Source of the DNA: Promethearchaeota archaeon
Lineage (GTDB): Archaea > Asgardarchaeota > Lokiarchaeia > Sigyniarchaeales > SOKP01
Direction of reading: 5' to 3'
Length of the DNA: 53,478 nucleotides
Assembly (NCBI GenBank): GCA_048941265.1
Contig: JBHLNT010000012.1
Location: 1 to 53,478 of the forward strand
Each line of letters begins with the position of its first letter. Within the stretch, counting starts at the first letter, position 1. This document shows, in pieces, positions 39,130-52,985 of this stretch. The position numbers and the translations under genes are program-made. A model generated the notes under the pieces. The model saw nothing but the letters and a program-made list of their open reading frames with translations. It had not been told where the DNA came from and did not search any database.

Positions 39130-39261
39130 TGCGAAATTTTATTTTTTATATTTCTTATTTTAGTAATTGCAAAAAAGAGATTCTAATCTCATAATAAAAT
39201 ATTTTAATTAATCTTCAATATTGATGTTTATAAAATATTATAATGAACTTGTTATTAAACT

Positions 39262-40752
39262 ATGTCAGATTTAGAAGAACCTAATGGAATTAACTTTGAA
39301 CCTTTATTTTCACCTAGAGCTATCGGAATCATTGGTGCTTCGCACGATCCCGCAGGGGGTGGTTTTTTTGTAAGATGTATGAAAGACAAATTTCGTGGAC
39401 CGATTTATTTATTTAATCCTAAATTAAATGGTACAGAGCTTTTAGGATATAAGGTTTATAGCTCTATTTTGGAAATTCCCGAAGGCAAATCAATAGATTA
39501 CGTAATATTAGCTGTACCCGCAAGATATTGTCCTAAATTATTGGAGGAAATTGGTCAGAAGAAAGTACCTTTCGTTACTATTTTTGCTTCGGGATTTCGC
39601 GAAGTTGGAAACGAAAATCTTGAAATCGAGACACTAAAAGTTGCTCAAAAATATAATATTAGAATAATAGGTCCTAATTGTTTAGGAGTTTATAATCCTA
39701 GAGCAAATTTGTATTTCGCGTTTGAACAATCGCGAAAAGCTGGAATTTTTTCGGGAATCTTTCAATCTGGAGGGCAAGCTCAAAATATATCTCAATTGGC
39801 AGTAGCATATGGTCTTTATGTTTCAAAATTTATCTCGATAGGCAATGCAGTAGATTTATCACCTTCAGATTTCTTAAAATATTTTCTTCAAGATGATCAT
39901 ACTAAGATTATCGGAATGTATATTGAAAATTTGAGATCTGCTAAACATGGGCATGAATTTATGGAATTAACAAAAAAATGTAATTTAAATAGGAAGCCAG
40001 TAATATTATGGAGGGCAGGTTATGGAGAAGCTACTAAAAAAGCTATTTTATCCCATACGGGAGGTCTTGCTGGAAATAACGAAATTTGGAAAGCTGTTGC
40101 CAAACAAACGGGATGTTCCTTAGTAAATAATTCAGAGGTATTAGCAGCATTAGCAAGTGCTTTTAAATTAACACATTTACCAGATACTCGAAATGTAGGA
40201 GTAATAGGAATAGGCGGGGGTTCTACTATAGAAGCAATAGATATACTTGAGAAATATAATTTAAAAATACCCCAACTTTCAGAAAAGACAATAAAGAAAA
40301 TGAATAGGTTTATTCCGGATGTTAATACTAATATTACAAATCCGATTGACCTCGGAGGTTCAGGAATCCGTCCTGATGTGTATTATCGAACAATATTAGC
40401 TTTGGACAGAGATCCAAATATCTCATCGGTAATTTTTATTAAAGATCCTGAGAGGTTTGGAGGATTTGAAGAACTTTTAGCCGACATGGGTTTTAAAGGT
40501 TTAGATCTGAATAAGGAATTTATTCGATATATCTCTAAAGCTAAAAGTGTTTGTACGAAACCTATGTTTTGCGTAATGTTAAAAATTAATGAAGGTTTTG
40601 AAGAATACAAAAGTCGCTATAAATTTAAGCTGAAATTATTAAATCGAAATGTTCCAGTATTTGAAACATTAGATTTAGCAGGGGAAGTATTAGATAAGAT
40701 GAATATCTACAGAGAATTCCTTCAAGCGCATGGAAAGTTTCCTAAATCCTAA
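39262..40752 (+). CDS. NDP-forming acyl-CoA synthetase alpha subunit (CoA-binding/ligase domains)
   Basis: IIGAS, IIGPNCLG, FQSGG, SIGNAVD, SHTGGLAG (phospho-His), NPIDLGG. Confidence 0.88.
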   Translation: MSDLEEPNGINFEPLFSPRAIGIIGASHDPAGGGFFVRCMKDKFRGPIYLFNPKLNGTELLGYKVYSSILEIPEGKSIDYVILAVPARYCPKLLEEIGQKKVPFVTIFASGFREVGNENLEIETLKVAQKYNIRIIGPNCLGVYNPRANLYFAFEQSRKAGIFSGIFQSGGQAQNISQLAVAYGLYVSKFISIGNAVDLSPSDFLKYFLQDDHTKIIGMYIENLRSAKHGHEFMELTKKCNLNRKPVILWRAGYGEATKKAILSHTGGLAGNNEIWKAVAKQTGCSLVNNSEVLAALASAFKLTHLPDTRNVGVIGIGGGSTIEAIDILEKYNLKIPQLSEKTIKKMNRFIPDVNTNITNPIDLGGSGIRPDVYYRTILALDRDPNISSVIFIKDPERFGGFEELLADMGFKGLDLNKEFIRYISKAKSVCTKPMFCVMLKINEGFEEYKSRYKFKLKLLNRNVPVFETLDLAGEVLDKMNIYREFLQAHGKFPKS

Positions 40753-40826
40753 TATCAAGATCCTTAATTTGTTATTTATTGATTCTTGTATTTGTCTTAT
40801 ATTATCGGATCAGCAATAATTTTTAA

Positions 40827-42122
40827 TTAATAAATACGACTAATAATTTCATTAGCGACTTTAGAACTCGTTGCAATCGCTAACCCTAAACCCGTACCAT
40901 GTTTTATTTCATCTTCATCAGAATTCCCTCCCATGACTATATATAAAGCAGAGCCGCATACAAAAATATTTGAATTTTTATGTTTTTCAGAATCAGTTAA
41001 AAGTTCATATGAATTTGTCATTTTATTGGGAAAAGGGATAGATAGATTATTAAAATTTTTTCTAATTATTTGATTTGAATAAAATAATCCTTCTTGAAAT
41101 ACAGAACCTATCGCGAGTACCAAATATTTTGTTTTAACTATCTTTTTATGTCCTACTCGATTTTCAAAGATTAACTGCCATTCAAGGTTATCTTTTTCCA
41201 AATTGGGCTCAATATTCATCAATATATAGCCTTTATTAACCTTCACCGATAAATTTTCTAATTTCTTTTCAAATCTCTGGATTAATCGTTTAGACATTAA
41301 GGATGGGGATAATGCTACTAATTCTCCACATTTACCACTTAATTTATGTGATAGATTTTCTATGATTTTTTTGTTTTTTTTTATACCAAGAATCGGAGGA
41401 AACAGAAAATAAAGGTTTTCTGATTCCGATAGTTTTTTCTCGAATTTTTCCAATTCAGATATTATATAATTTGCTAAAGAGTTAAGGTCATTTACATATT
41501 TATCAAAATAGTTCGCTATTAGATTTTCGCTCAATTTTAAAGGGAAATTTTCATTAATAATATTTGGATCCCAACTTTTTAACAATTCTAAGAATGAAAG
41601 GTTCAAGATTTCAAAGTTTCCTTTATACCTTTCCTTTAAACTCTTTCTAACTAAATCCATTGCAGAATTATTGAATTCAATAAAATCAATTAAAAATATA
41701 CTACTTTTATCATTAAATAAGCTTACATCATGAAATATTGTACTCCATACTCCAATACAAGGTTTCAAGTTCCCTAATATAGTTATTACTAAATTGTTAC
41801 TAACTTTACGGTTATTTTTGAAAAAATATAGCTCTGGAAATTCTGAAGAGAAATTTGAAATGGATTCATCTACTTCATTGAAATCCAAATATTTATATGG
41901 ATGATTCGGATTTTCATTTATGAATTGATTAAATGCTTCTTCTAAATCATTTATATAGCTTTTCAAGAAATCAATAGTTCCAACCCATAAATTTGATGCT
42001 CCGAATCCACTTGTATAAATTTCACACCTAATTTCTTTTTTACTTAGAAGGCAAGCAGCATTCATCCCAGCAAACCCTCCACCTATGATAACAACTTCAA
42101 CTTTTTTTGAGATATTATTCAT
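40827..42122 (-). CDS. glpB: Anaerobic glycerol-3-phosphate dehydrogenase subunit B
   Basis: IIGGGFAG, GTIDFL, NHPY, FPPILG, C-terminal GTGLGLAIAT; overlaps glpA by 4 nt. Confidence 0.82.
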   Translation of the reverse strand: MNNISKKVEVVIIGGGFAGMNAACLLSKKEIRCEIYTSGFGASNLWVGTIDFLKSYINDLEEAFNQFINENPNHPYKYLDFNEVDESISNFSSEFPELYFFKNNRKVSNNLVITILGNLKPCIGVWSTIFHDVSLFNDKSSIFLIDFIEFNNSAMDLVRKSLKERYKGNFEILNLSFLELLKSWDPNIINENFPLKLSENLIANYFDKYVNDLNSLANYIISELEKFEKKLSESENLYFLFPPILGIKKNKKIIENLSHKLSGKCGELVALSPSLMSKRLIQRFEKKLENLSVKVNKGYILMNIEPNLEKDNLEWQLIFENRVGHKKIVKTKYLVLAIGSVFQEGLFYSNQIIRKNFNNLSIPFPNKMTNSYELLTDSEKHKNSNIFVCGSALYIVMGGNSDEDEIKHGTGLGLAIATSSKVANEIISRIY

Positions 42123-43741
42123 TCAAGATGCCCTCCAAGTAAATAAATATATTTTGAAAGTTTTATTTGACGCTTTAATAAATTATCACCCGATACCTCT
42201 GTTTTCCAACGCTTTAAAAGTGCTGATTTCAATTCTGACATAATTTGGGGATGAGACTTTTTGGTCCATTTCGCTTCTAGATTAGCAATTTTATAATAAC
42301 AAAATTGACCTTGACAAGGCCCCATTCCCTGTCTTGTCCTACGGCGATAATCATCGATAACCTTAGTATCGAGATTCTGATAAACCCATAGCAATTCTGG
42401 TTCGGTAATATTTTCGCATTCACAGATTGTTCTTGGAGCATTTTGAGTTGAAAATGAATTCAAGCAGGAATCACATAACTCAAAAATCTCTTTATAAAAG
42501 GTGCCCCACTTATATTGCATATCAGAAGCAGTTTTTTTATCAACATGAAGTTCACTCTGAAAAATATTAATTGGAACTTTTTGGTCCCCTCCAGGTAAGG
42601 GTAATTCTGAAGTTTTACAATTAGATTTTATTCCAAGTTTCTCGCAAACTATATTAGAAATTTTTTCTGCCATTAAACGATAAGTAGTTAATTTACCTCC
42701 AAATATTGTAATAAAACCCATATATCCCTCTTCCTCATAATCAATTATGTCGAACTTACGTGATGCTTCCCTAAGTGGACCACCACTTGCTATTAAAGGT
42801 CTTGCTCCTGAATAATAACGTATTATACGATGTTTCCTAATAGTTGGAATTAATTCTTGTCCCAAATCAAGAATATATTCCAACTCATTTCGATCCGCAA
42901 TTAAATTGTCAAGTTGCCTATAATCTACAAGTTTAGATGTTGTTCCTAATATAACTGATTGATGGCTAGGTACAAAAATATCCCCATCACTGGGAGGTCT
43001 TAAACGGTTGATTAAACGATTGACTAATCGATCTTTGATTACAATTAAAGTTCCCATTGTAGGAGCTATTTCTAATGGATTCTCTAGTTTTAAATCTTTC
43101 TCTAAATAAGAAGACCATGGACCCGTAGCATTCACTACTATATTAGCGAAAATTCTTTCTTTACTCTTTTTTAATTGGTCGTAAAATTCTATTCCGACGA
43201 TTTCTTTATCCATTACTATTAACTTAGTTGCTTTACAATATGTTTTAATCAAGGCACCATGCAGCTTAGCATCTAAAGCATTATATATAGTTAATAAAAA
43301 TGGATCAATATATCCATCTTTAACCTGAAAAACTCTTCTAGTTTCAGGATTACAGTTAGGTTCTTCTTGTAAAAAATCTTCAGGTTCTACTTCTTGACAC
43401 CAAACCCCAGCTTCCTTACATTTTTTAATAAAAATATCTCCATATTCTACATCATCTTCAGTTAATCCCATAAAATAACCACCGCAAGCTTCAGTAATAT
43501 GGGGCGCAATTTTTAAAATAATCTCATTTTCAATCGCACATTCAGAAGCCGCTTCCTTATCTTTATATACATATCTGGCCCCTGAATGAAGCATACCATG
43601 ACAACGTCCTGTTGTACCTTCGCTCAAATCATTTTTTTCTAATAGTAGAATCTTTAATCCTCTGAGGCTGAGATCTCTGGCGATTCCTGCTCCTGTAGCC
43701 CCGCCACCCACTATGATACAATCAAATTTATTATTATTCAC
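42119..43741 (-). CDS. glpA: Anaerobic glycerol-3-phosphate dehydrogenase subunit A
   Basis: GGGATGAGIARD, GTTGRCHGMLHSGARY, GGKLTTYRLMAE, CECE..RRRTRQGMGPCQGQFC (BFD-like 2Fe-2S). Confidence 0.95.
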   Translation of the reverse strand: MNNNKFDCIIVGGGATGAGIARDLSLRGLKILLLEKNDLSEGTTGRCHGMLHSGARYVYKDKEAASECAIENEIILKIAPHITEACGGYFMGLTEDDVEYGDIFIKKCKEAGVWCQEVEPEDFLQEEPNCNPETRRVFQVKDGYIDPFLLTIYNALDAKLHGALIKTYCKATKLIVMDKEIVGIEFYDQLKKSKERIFANIVVNATGPWSSYLEKDLKLENPLEIAPTMGTLIVIKDRLVNRLINRLRPPSDGDIFVPSHQSVILGTTSKLVDYRQLDNLIADRNELEYILDLGQELIPTIRKHRIIRYYSGARPLIASGGPLREASRKFDIIDYEEEGYMGFITIFGGKLTTYRLMAEKISNIVCEKLGIKSNCKTSELPLPGGDQKVPINIFQSELHVDKKTASDMQYKWGTFYKEIFELCDSCLNSFSTQNAPRTICECENITEPELLWVYQNLDTKVIDDYRRRTRQGMGPCQGQFCYYKIANLEAKWTKKSHPQIMSELKSALLKRWKTEVSGDNLLKRQIKLSKYIYLLGGHLE

Positions 43742-43818
43742 TATTCTTTTACCTTTTTAAGTTAATTTACTTAAAATTGAATTTAATTCTTTAAAAAAAA
43801 TCAGCATTATTTTTTAAT

Positions 43819-44586
43819 CTAATTTTCTATATGGTGTATTTCTATCGGTTTCCCGGGACTTCCTTGATAATAAAATTTATCAGGTTTTCCTCGCCAACTT
43901 TTATGTAGAACTGTATTTGGAAAAATTACATTACTTTCCTTAGTTAACACGCCAGGACCAGCAATGATTCCAGGATAAAGGGTGGTTTTTTTATTCAATT
44001 TTATTTCAAGCATAGTAATTTTTCCAAAAATGGTATTAACTGCATGACTGGATAATGCTGTAGTTGGATAAATAAATACATCATCTCCCAAATCCGTAAA
44101 TTCTAATCCTACGTATCCGTCGCAATAAATTACATTTTTTCCTATTTTATTATGACCAATTTTTCTAAGTGTTCTGTTAATTAACCACGGAAAAACCGAT
44201 TTAGAGGTTAACCACATAGGATATTTAATTATAAATCCTCGTTTATGATAATACTTCATCATTCGGCCCTCCTCACTATTTATATTATCTAATACTCTCT
44301 GGAAGACACCTTCTCTAGGTGGTGATTTTTTATACCATCTACTAGCCCAAAATGCGGCAAACTCAATAAGAATCATTAAATAAACATAATATAAAAATAA
44401 AAAAACTCCTGGTAATAATAACAAATGTAATATTAGCGGAATTGAAAATCCAATTACAATGAAATATTCGAATAATAAGAATAGCCCTAAACATACATAT
44501 AAAGGAACTATAAAGCTTAAAATGTTTATTTTAAAAAAATCAAGAGCTGGAAGTTCCACTGTTTGAGGTTTTTTAACACTCTCCAT
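43819..44586 (-). CDS. Membrane protein with left-handed beta-helix (hexapeptide acyltransferase-like) domain
   Basis: Two N-terminal TM helices; KIGKNV, DLGDDVFI, C-terminal YQGSPGK. Confidence 0.6.
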   Translation of the reverse strand: MESVKKPQTVELPALDFFKINILSFIVPLYVCLGLFLLFEYFIVIGFSIPLILHLLLLPGVFLFLYYVYLMILIEFAAFWASRWYKKSPPREGVFQRVLDNINSEEGRMMKYYHKRGFIIKYPMWLTSKSVFPWLINRTLRKIGHNKIGKNVIYCDGYVGLEFTDLGDDVFIYPTTALSSHAVNTIFGKITMLEIKLNKKTTLYPGIIAGPGVLTKESNVIFPNTVLHKSWRGKPDKFYYQGSPGKPIEIHHIEN

Positions 44587-44718
44587 AAAATTATTTGGGA
44601 TAACAAAATTTAAAATTCCTCCTATTTTCTATAAAATTTGTTTGCAAAATTTGGACATAAAATTAAAATATTAATTCAATCAATTTATTCATAAATTTTG
44701 ATTTTAATAATAAATTGA

Positions 44719-45672
44719 GTGAACACCATGGAGATTGCAATCGAATCAAATAACTTAAAAAAATATTTTGGAGATATACATGCTGTTGATGGCATAGATT
44801 TAGAAATTCCGAAAGGTTCATTATTTGGATTTTTAGGTCCTAATGGTGCTGGAAAAACGACATCAATCTCAATGTTATCAACTGTTCTGAAACCAACTAG
44901 TGGAACTGCTTCCGTTTTAGGATATGATATTTTAAAGGAAGCAAAAAAAATTAAGGAGCATATAGGAGTCTGTCCCCAGGAATTAGTTCTTTATGATAGA
45001 TTGACTGCCAGAGAGAACATCCAATTAATAGCCCAAATGCATGGAATGACACGGACAGATTACCAAGAAAAGGCAGATGATTTACTTGGTCAAATGAATC
45101 TATTAGAGCGTGCAGACTCAAAAGTTAAAACTTATTCTGGTGGTATGAAACGTAGGGTTAATGTCTTAATGGCAGTAATTCATGATCCGGAAGTTATTTT
45201 TTTTGATGAGCCATCTGCTGGACTTGATCCACAATCTCGTAGGGTAGTATGGGATTTCATTAGAGCTTTTCAAAAGAGAAACTGTACAATTATTTTAACA
45301 ACACACAATATGGAAGAAGCCGACGATCTTTCAGATGAATTAGTGATTATTGATTATGGTAAAATCATCGCTCAAGGGACTCCAAAAGAATTGAAAGGGA
45401 AATTAGGGGAAGGTGATATTATTGAATTTAAAGTAAAAGAAAAAGACAGAGAAAATCGAGATGATATTATTTTAAGACTTGAAAAATTGGATTTTATTAG
45501 ATGGGTTAAAAAAGTGGGAAAAAGTAGAATTTTATTGAATGGTTTGGATGGATTGCGACGAATCTCTGAGATTTTGGATGTGGTTCAGGTTAAAATGTTA
45601 GACATTTCAATTAGGAAAAATACATTAGAAGATGTATTCATTGATTTAACTGGAAGGAGGTTGAGGGATTAG
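44719..45672 (+). CDS. ABC-2 (DrrA-like) ATP-binding protein
   Basis: GPNGAGKTT, YSGGMKRR, FDEPSAGLD, TTHNMEEA, TLEDVFIDLTG. Confidence 0.95.
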   Translation: MNTMEIAIESNNLKKYFGDIHAVDGIDLEIPKGSLFGFLGPNGAGKTTSISMLSTVLKPTSGTASVLGYDILKEAKKIKEHIGVCPQELVLYDRLTARENIQLIAQMHGMTRTDYQEKADDLLGQMNLLERADSKVKTYSGGMKRRVNVLMAVIHDPEVIFFDEPSAGLDPQSRRVVWDFIRAFQKRNCTIILTTHNMEEADDLSDELVIIDYGKIIAQGTPKELKGKLGEGDIIEFKVKEKDRENRDDIILRLEKLDFIRWVKKVGKSRILLNGLDGLRRISEILDVVQVKMLDISIRKNTLEDVFIDLTGRRLRD

Positions 45673-46862
45673 TGGCGAAGATTAAACCAAGAAATAAACT
45701 TAAAAAGTCCATACTAAACTTTAGATATCCACGTTTATGGTATCTAACTGTTAAAAATTTAAAAACTATGTTTCGAGATAGGATAGCTTTAGCTTGGATT
45801 ATCGGATATCCTTTATTTTTTATTGTTATATTTGCTGTAGCATTTGGAGAAGCTGAAACAAACACATACGAGATTGTAATTTTTAACGACGATGATGATG
45901 GTGTTCCGTCCGCAGAGAATCCTGTAGCAGACGCTTCATATATATTAGAAGATGTTTTAGAAGATGATTTTGAAGATACAATTATAATCAATGAAGATCT
46001 TAATCATAAAGAGGCGAAAGAGGAATTAAAATATCAGAGGATTGATGCGATAATTGAGATTGATATGTACTTTTCTGAAGCAATTTTCAATATAACTGGG
46101 TATGAAAATACAGCTCCTAAAGTGGAAATAAAAACTATTCCAGATGAAATAGTTGAAAGTGTAATTGGCTCAATCATTTCTCAAATTGTAGATGAAATTA
46201 TTTCCAAATACAATAATATTACTAAGGCAGATATTAATAGTAAACAAGCAACAAATTCTGTTGATTTAGAAGTTATTGACTATATGGCTCCAGGATTCAT
46301 TATAGCAGGAGTCTTAGTGTGTGTAAATCAATTAGCGTCTCATTTTGCAGAAGAAAATGAAAAAGGAACTTTGAAACGATTAACTACGACACCAGTTTCA
46401 AGAAGAGATATCATTTTATCTGGTATGCTCTCTCAGTTGGTAGTGGCTGCATTTCAAATTATTGTAATGCTTATTATATCAACTCAAGTATTCGGAGTTT
46501 ATGTCCATCCCGATACTAATTTACTCTTGCTATTCTTAATTCCCATGTTATTTAGCTTTACATGTTTAGGAATTGGTTTAATACTTGCTTCTTTTATGAA
46601 ATCATCATCGTCAATAGGATTAGTTTGGTTGATTATTTTACCATTACAATTTCTAGGTGGAGTTTTTACCTATGGAGTAAATATTCCTTTGGGAGAATAT
46701 ATCCCTACAACTTACGCCAATCATGCTATGCGATTAGTTATGACAAGCGGACTAACAAGCTGGGAAGCAATTGGGATGGATATAATGTTTCTCATAGGAA
46801 CAGGAATCGCTTTTACGATAATTGGGGTGCTATTATTTCAACGAAAAACCGCAGTATCTTAA
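45672..46862 (+). CDS. ABC-2 permease
   Basis: N-terminal TM, acidic ectodomain, EENEKGTLKRLTTTP, further TM helices; 1-nt overlap with the ATPase gene. Confidence 0.92.
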   Translation: MAKIKPRNKLKKSILNFRYPRLWYLTVKNLKTMFRDRIALAWIIGYPLFFIVIFAVAFGEAETNTYEIVIFNDDDDGVPSAENPVADASYILEDVLEDDFEDTIIINEDLNHKEAKEELKYQRIDAIIEIDMYFSEAIFNITGYENTAPKVEIKTIPDEIVESVIGSIISQIVDEIISKYNNITKADINSKQATNSVDLEVIDYMAPGFIIAGVLVCVNQLASHFAEENEKGTLKRLTTTPVSRRDIILSGMLSQLVVAAFQIIVMLIISTQVFGVYVHPDTNLLLLFLIPMLFSFTCLGIGLILASFMKSSSSIGLVWLIILPLQFLGGVFTYGVNIPLGEYIPTTYANHAMRLVMTSGLTSWEAIGMDIMFLIGTGIAFTIIGVLLFQRKTAVS

Positions 46863-47007
46863 TTTAAACCCTATTTAAATTTTTTTTATTTAGTATTCTT
46901 AATTTAAGACTAAAAATTGGTCTCTGAATCTTTTTTTATTCTAACCTCGTTTTACTTTTTTAGTGAAATAAAACTTTTTCTTTATAAGTATTAAACAATA
47001 ACTAAAA

Positions 47008-48171
47008 ATGAAAATAAAAATGGGTATTACTCATCCTATTAAATTAGAAAGAAGAAATGATCTTGACTGGTTAAGGATATTCGCAACCCTTATGATCTTC
47101 TTTTTTCATAGTGCGAGGGCTTTTGATGGTATTCCTTGGGAAATAAAGAATACTGAAACCCATATTGGATTTACAATATTCATAATATTTACGGCATCTT
47201 GGATTATGCCTTTATTTTTCCTACTTTCTGGAATGAGCTCGTATTATGCTTTAGGAAAGAGAACACCGACTGAACTTATTAAAGAAAGATCAAAACGGCT
47301 AATGATCCCTTATATTTTTGGAATTTGTACAGTCTTATCACTACAAGTATATTATGAAGCTTTATTTGGTAATGATTGGCTTCCTGCATTCAAAGGCAAC
47401 TTCTTAGAATTCTACTTTCTTAATTATTTTACTCGCGGATTATATGGTTGGGGGGGATTTTTTCCATTAACGGGAATTTATTTATGGTATTTACTATTTT
47501 TATTTGTTTTCTCAGTTGTATGTCTGAAATTTTTTATGTATTTGAGAAAAGAAAACATAGCTGAAATACTTTCAAACATAGCGAATTTCAGTACAAAAAA
47601 GGGAGGAATTTTAATATTTGTAATACCTATGATTATATTAGAAATTGTAGGGATTATCTTCCTTCCATTTATTCAACCAGCAGGATGGAGTGTTTTAGTT
47701 TATCTGTGTATCTTCATATACGGATATATTTTTGCATCGAATGATCTGTTTAAGAAGGCCTTGGAGAAAAATAGTTTCTTAACTCTTATTACAGGAACGA
47801 TTTCAAGCATTATAGGAATCATCGTATATCTTAACCTCTCAACAAACATTATATTAATAATTTTATTTGTTGTCTTTTTGCCATTAAGCGGTTTTTGTTG
47901 GTTAGTTACTATATTAGGATTTGCAAGCAAGTATCTGAATAATAACAGCAAACATTTAAAAGTCCTAAATGAATTAGTACTGCCTTTCTATATATTCCAT
48001 CAAGCCATCATTATCATGGTCGATTATTATATCATTCAATTAGATATCTCAGTATTTCTTAAATATCTATTGGTTCTTCCTATAGCCTTTGGAATAACAA
48101 TTGGTTTGGTGTTAATTGTTAGTCGTATACCTCTCTTACGTGTTTTATTTGGAATGAGAATAAAAAGGTAA
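47008..48171 (+). CDS. Acyltransferase family 3 (OpgC-like) membrane protein
   Basis: RRNDLDWLR, FFH, MPLFFLLSG, KRLMIP, LWYL, PFYIFHQ; about ten TM helices. Confidence 0.88.
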   Translation: MKIKMGITHPIKLERRNDLDWLRIFATLMIFFFHSARAFDGIPWEIKNTETHIGFTIFIIFTASWIMPLFFLLSGMSSYYALGKRTPTELIKERSKRLMIPYIFGICTVLSLQVYYEALFGNDWLPAFKGNFLEFYFLNYFTRGLYGWGGFFPLTGIYLWYLLFLFVFSVVCLKFFMYLRKENIAEILSNIANFSTKKGGILIFVIPMIILEIVGIIFLPFIQPAGWSVLVYLCIFIYGYIFASNDLFKKALEKNSFLTLITGTISSIIGIIVYLNLSTNIILIILFVVFLPLSGFCWLVTILGFASKYLNNNSKHLKVLNELVLPFYIFHQAIIIMVDYYIIQLDISVFLKYLLVLPIAFGITIGLVLIVSRIPLLRVLFGMRIKR

Positions 48172-48219
48172 AAAAGCCAAAACAGTATAAGAACATTTTA
48201 TTTTTATTCTAAATAAAAT

Positions 48220-48951
48220 TTATCTCAGTTTCATGATAAAGAACACATACCCATAGTAATCAGAATATTTCCGAAATATTTCAATTTCTGAATAAAATTC
48301 ATCAAGCAAATTAAGGTTCTCTTCATCATTTTGATATTTCTTGCGTAAATTATCAATTCGTTTCTCTAAAGGAATGTAATAATTATTCCACCAACTAGAT
48401 TCAGGAAGTTTAAAATAAGATATAAGGTTTAATCCTTGAGAAGCTATTACTTTTATATTTTCCTCCACCTTTTTCATAGCTGGATAAACTTTAAAAAAAT
48501 CATCTAATTCTTCTGGGATATTTTCTTTAAACCAACATAATTCCGAAAATACTAAATATCCATTTTCTTTGAGAAAAAATTGCCAATCCATTAATGCTTT
48601 TTCAAATCCATAGATATATGCTGCACCTTCTGACCATATAACATCGAAAGTATTAGTATTGAATTTCATTTCAAACATAGATTGATATTTTGTTTTTATT
48701 TTATAAGATAAGTTATGAATTTTTATTTGGTCCTCTAACTTATCGAGATAAGGTTGATGATTATCTAATGCTAAAATTTTACCGTTTGTTAATCTTGCCA
48801 GTTCCAATGTCTGCATACCAGTACCGCATCCAACATCTAAAATGTATGGATTAGAGGGTAAATCTATCAGAAATGAAAATGCTTTTCTTGTAGATTCATT
48901 ATCTCCGGGTCCAAGTCTTGGTAAATCTACATTAAAGACTTCGTATAGCAT
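48220..48951 (-). CDS. Class I SAM-dependent methyltransferase
   Basis: PRLGPG, ILDVGCGTG, FDVIWSEGA, YYGYVFFI. Confidence 0.9.
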   Translation of the reverse strand: MLYEVFNVDLPRLGPGDNESTRKAFSFLIDLPSNPYILDVGCGTGMQTLELARLTNGKILALDNHQPYLDKLEDQIKIHNLSYKIKTKYQSMFEMKFNTNTFDVIWSEGAAYIYGFEKALMDWQFFLKENGYLVFSELCWFKENIPEELDDFFKVYPAMKKVEENIKVIASQGLNLISYFKLPESSWWNNYYIPLEKRIDNLRKKYQNDEENLNLLDEFYSEIEIFRKYSDYYGYVFFIMKLR

Positions 48952-49023
48952 ACTCAGGTTTTATAACTTTTGAAATTGTATTTTAAATTCTTAAGATTCT
49001 ACTTTTTCTTCTATTAAAGATTT

Positions 49024-52212
<3,189 letters not shown>

Positions 52213-52350
52213 TTAAAATTAATAGTTTTTTACTAAAAATAATAAACTTCTTCATTAAAGTGAATGTTTTAAAACCAGAAATGTTTTATCTAAACAACGT
52301 AGTATTAATTTTAAACTACAAAAAACTATTATTCCGCCGTGTAAACCGTA

Positions 52351-52983
52351 ATGGATAAAGAGTTATTTGAATCATTCGTAGATTTGCGAGAAGATGATGT
52401 TTTAAAATTAGTAAACGAAAAAATTGAATTGGGAGAGGATGTATTTATTATAGCTGAAACCTGTAGAAATGCATTGATTAAAATTGGGGATCTTTTCAGC
52501 AAAAAGGAATATTTTTTATCTGAGTTGGTTATGTCTGGAGAGATCTTTAAAGAAGTAATGGAAATTTTAAAACCCAATCTAATAGGAAATGAAAAAGAGG
52601 GACAAAAACTTGGTAAAATCTTGATAGGAACCATTAAGGGAGATGTTCATGACTTAGGAAAAAATATTGTAATAGGGACATTAAAAGGCAATGGTTTTGA
52701 AGTATATGATTTAGGCGTTGATGTCCCGCCAGAAAAATTTGTTGATAAAGTTAATGAAGTTAAACCTGACATTTTAGGAATAAGTTGTGTAATTTCAGTT
52801 GGTTGGGATTATCTAAAAGAAACTGTGGAAGCTTTAAAGAAGGCAGGTTTAAGAGATAAAGTAAAAATTATTTTAGGTGGTGGTGGAGTCAATAAGGAAG
52901 TAGCGAATTTTGCCGGGGCAGATGCTGCTGTTAAAGATGTGATTGAAGGTGTAGAACAATGCAAGAGGTGGGTTTCATCATAA
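52351..52983 (+). CDS. Corrinoid (cobalamin-binding) methyltransferase protein
   Basis: Cap domain EYFLSEL; GDVHDLGKN (DxHxxG), DLGVDVP, KIILGG. Confidence 0.92.
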   Translation: MDKELFESFVDLREDDVLKLVNEKIELGEDVFIIAETCRNALIKIGDLFSKKEYFLSELVMSGEIFKEVMEILKPNLIGNEKEGQKLGKILIGTIKGDVHDLGKNIVIGTLKGNGFEVYDLGVDVPPEKFVDKVNEVKPDILGISCVISVGWDYLKETVEALKKAGLRDKVKIILGGGGVNKEVANFAGADAAVKDVIEGVEQCKRWVSS

Positions 52984-52985
52984 AT

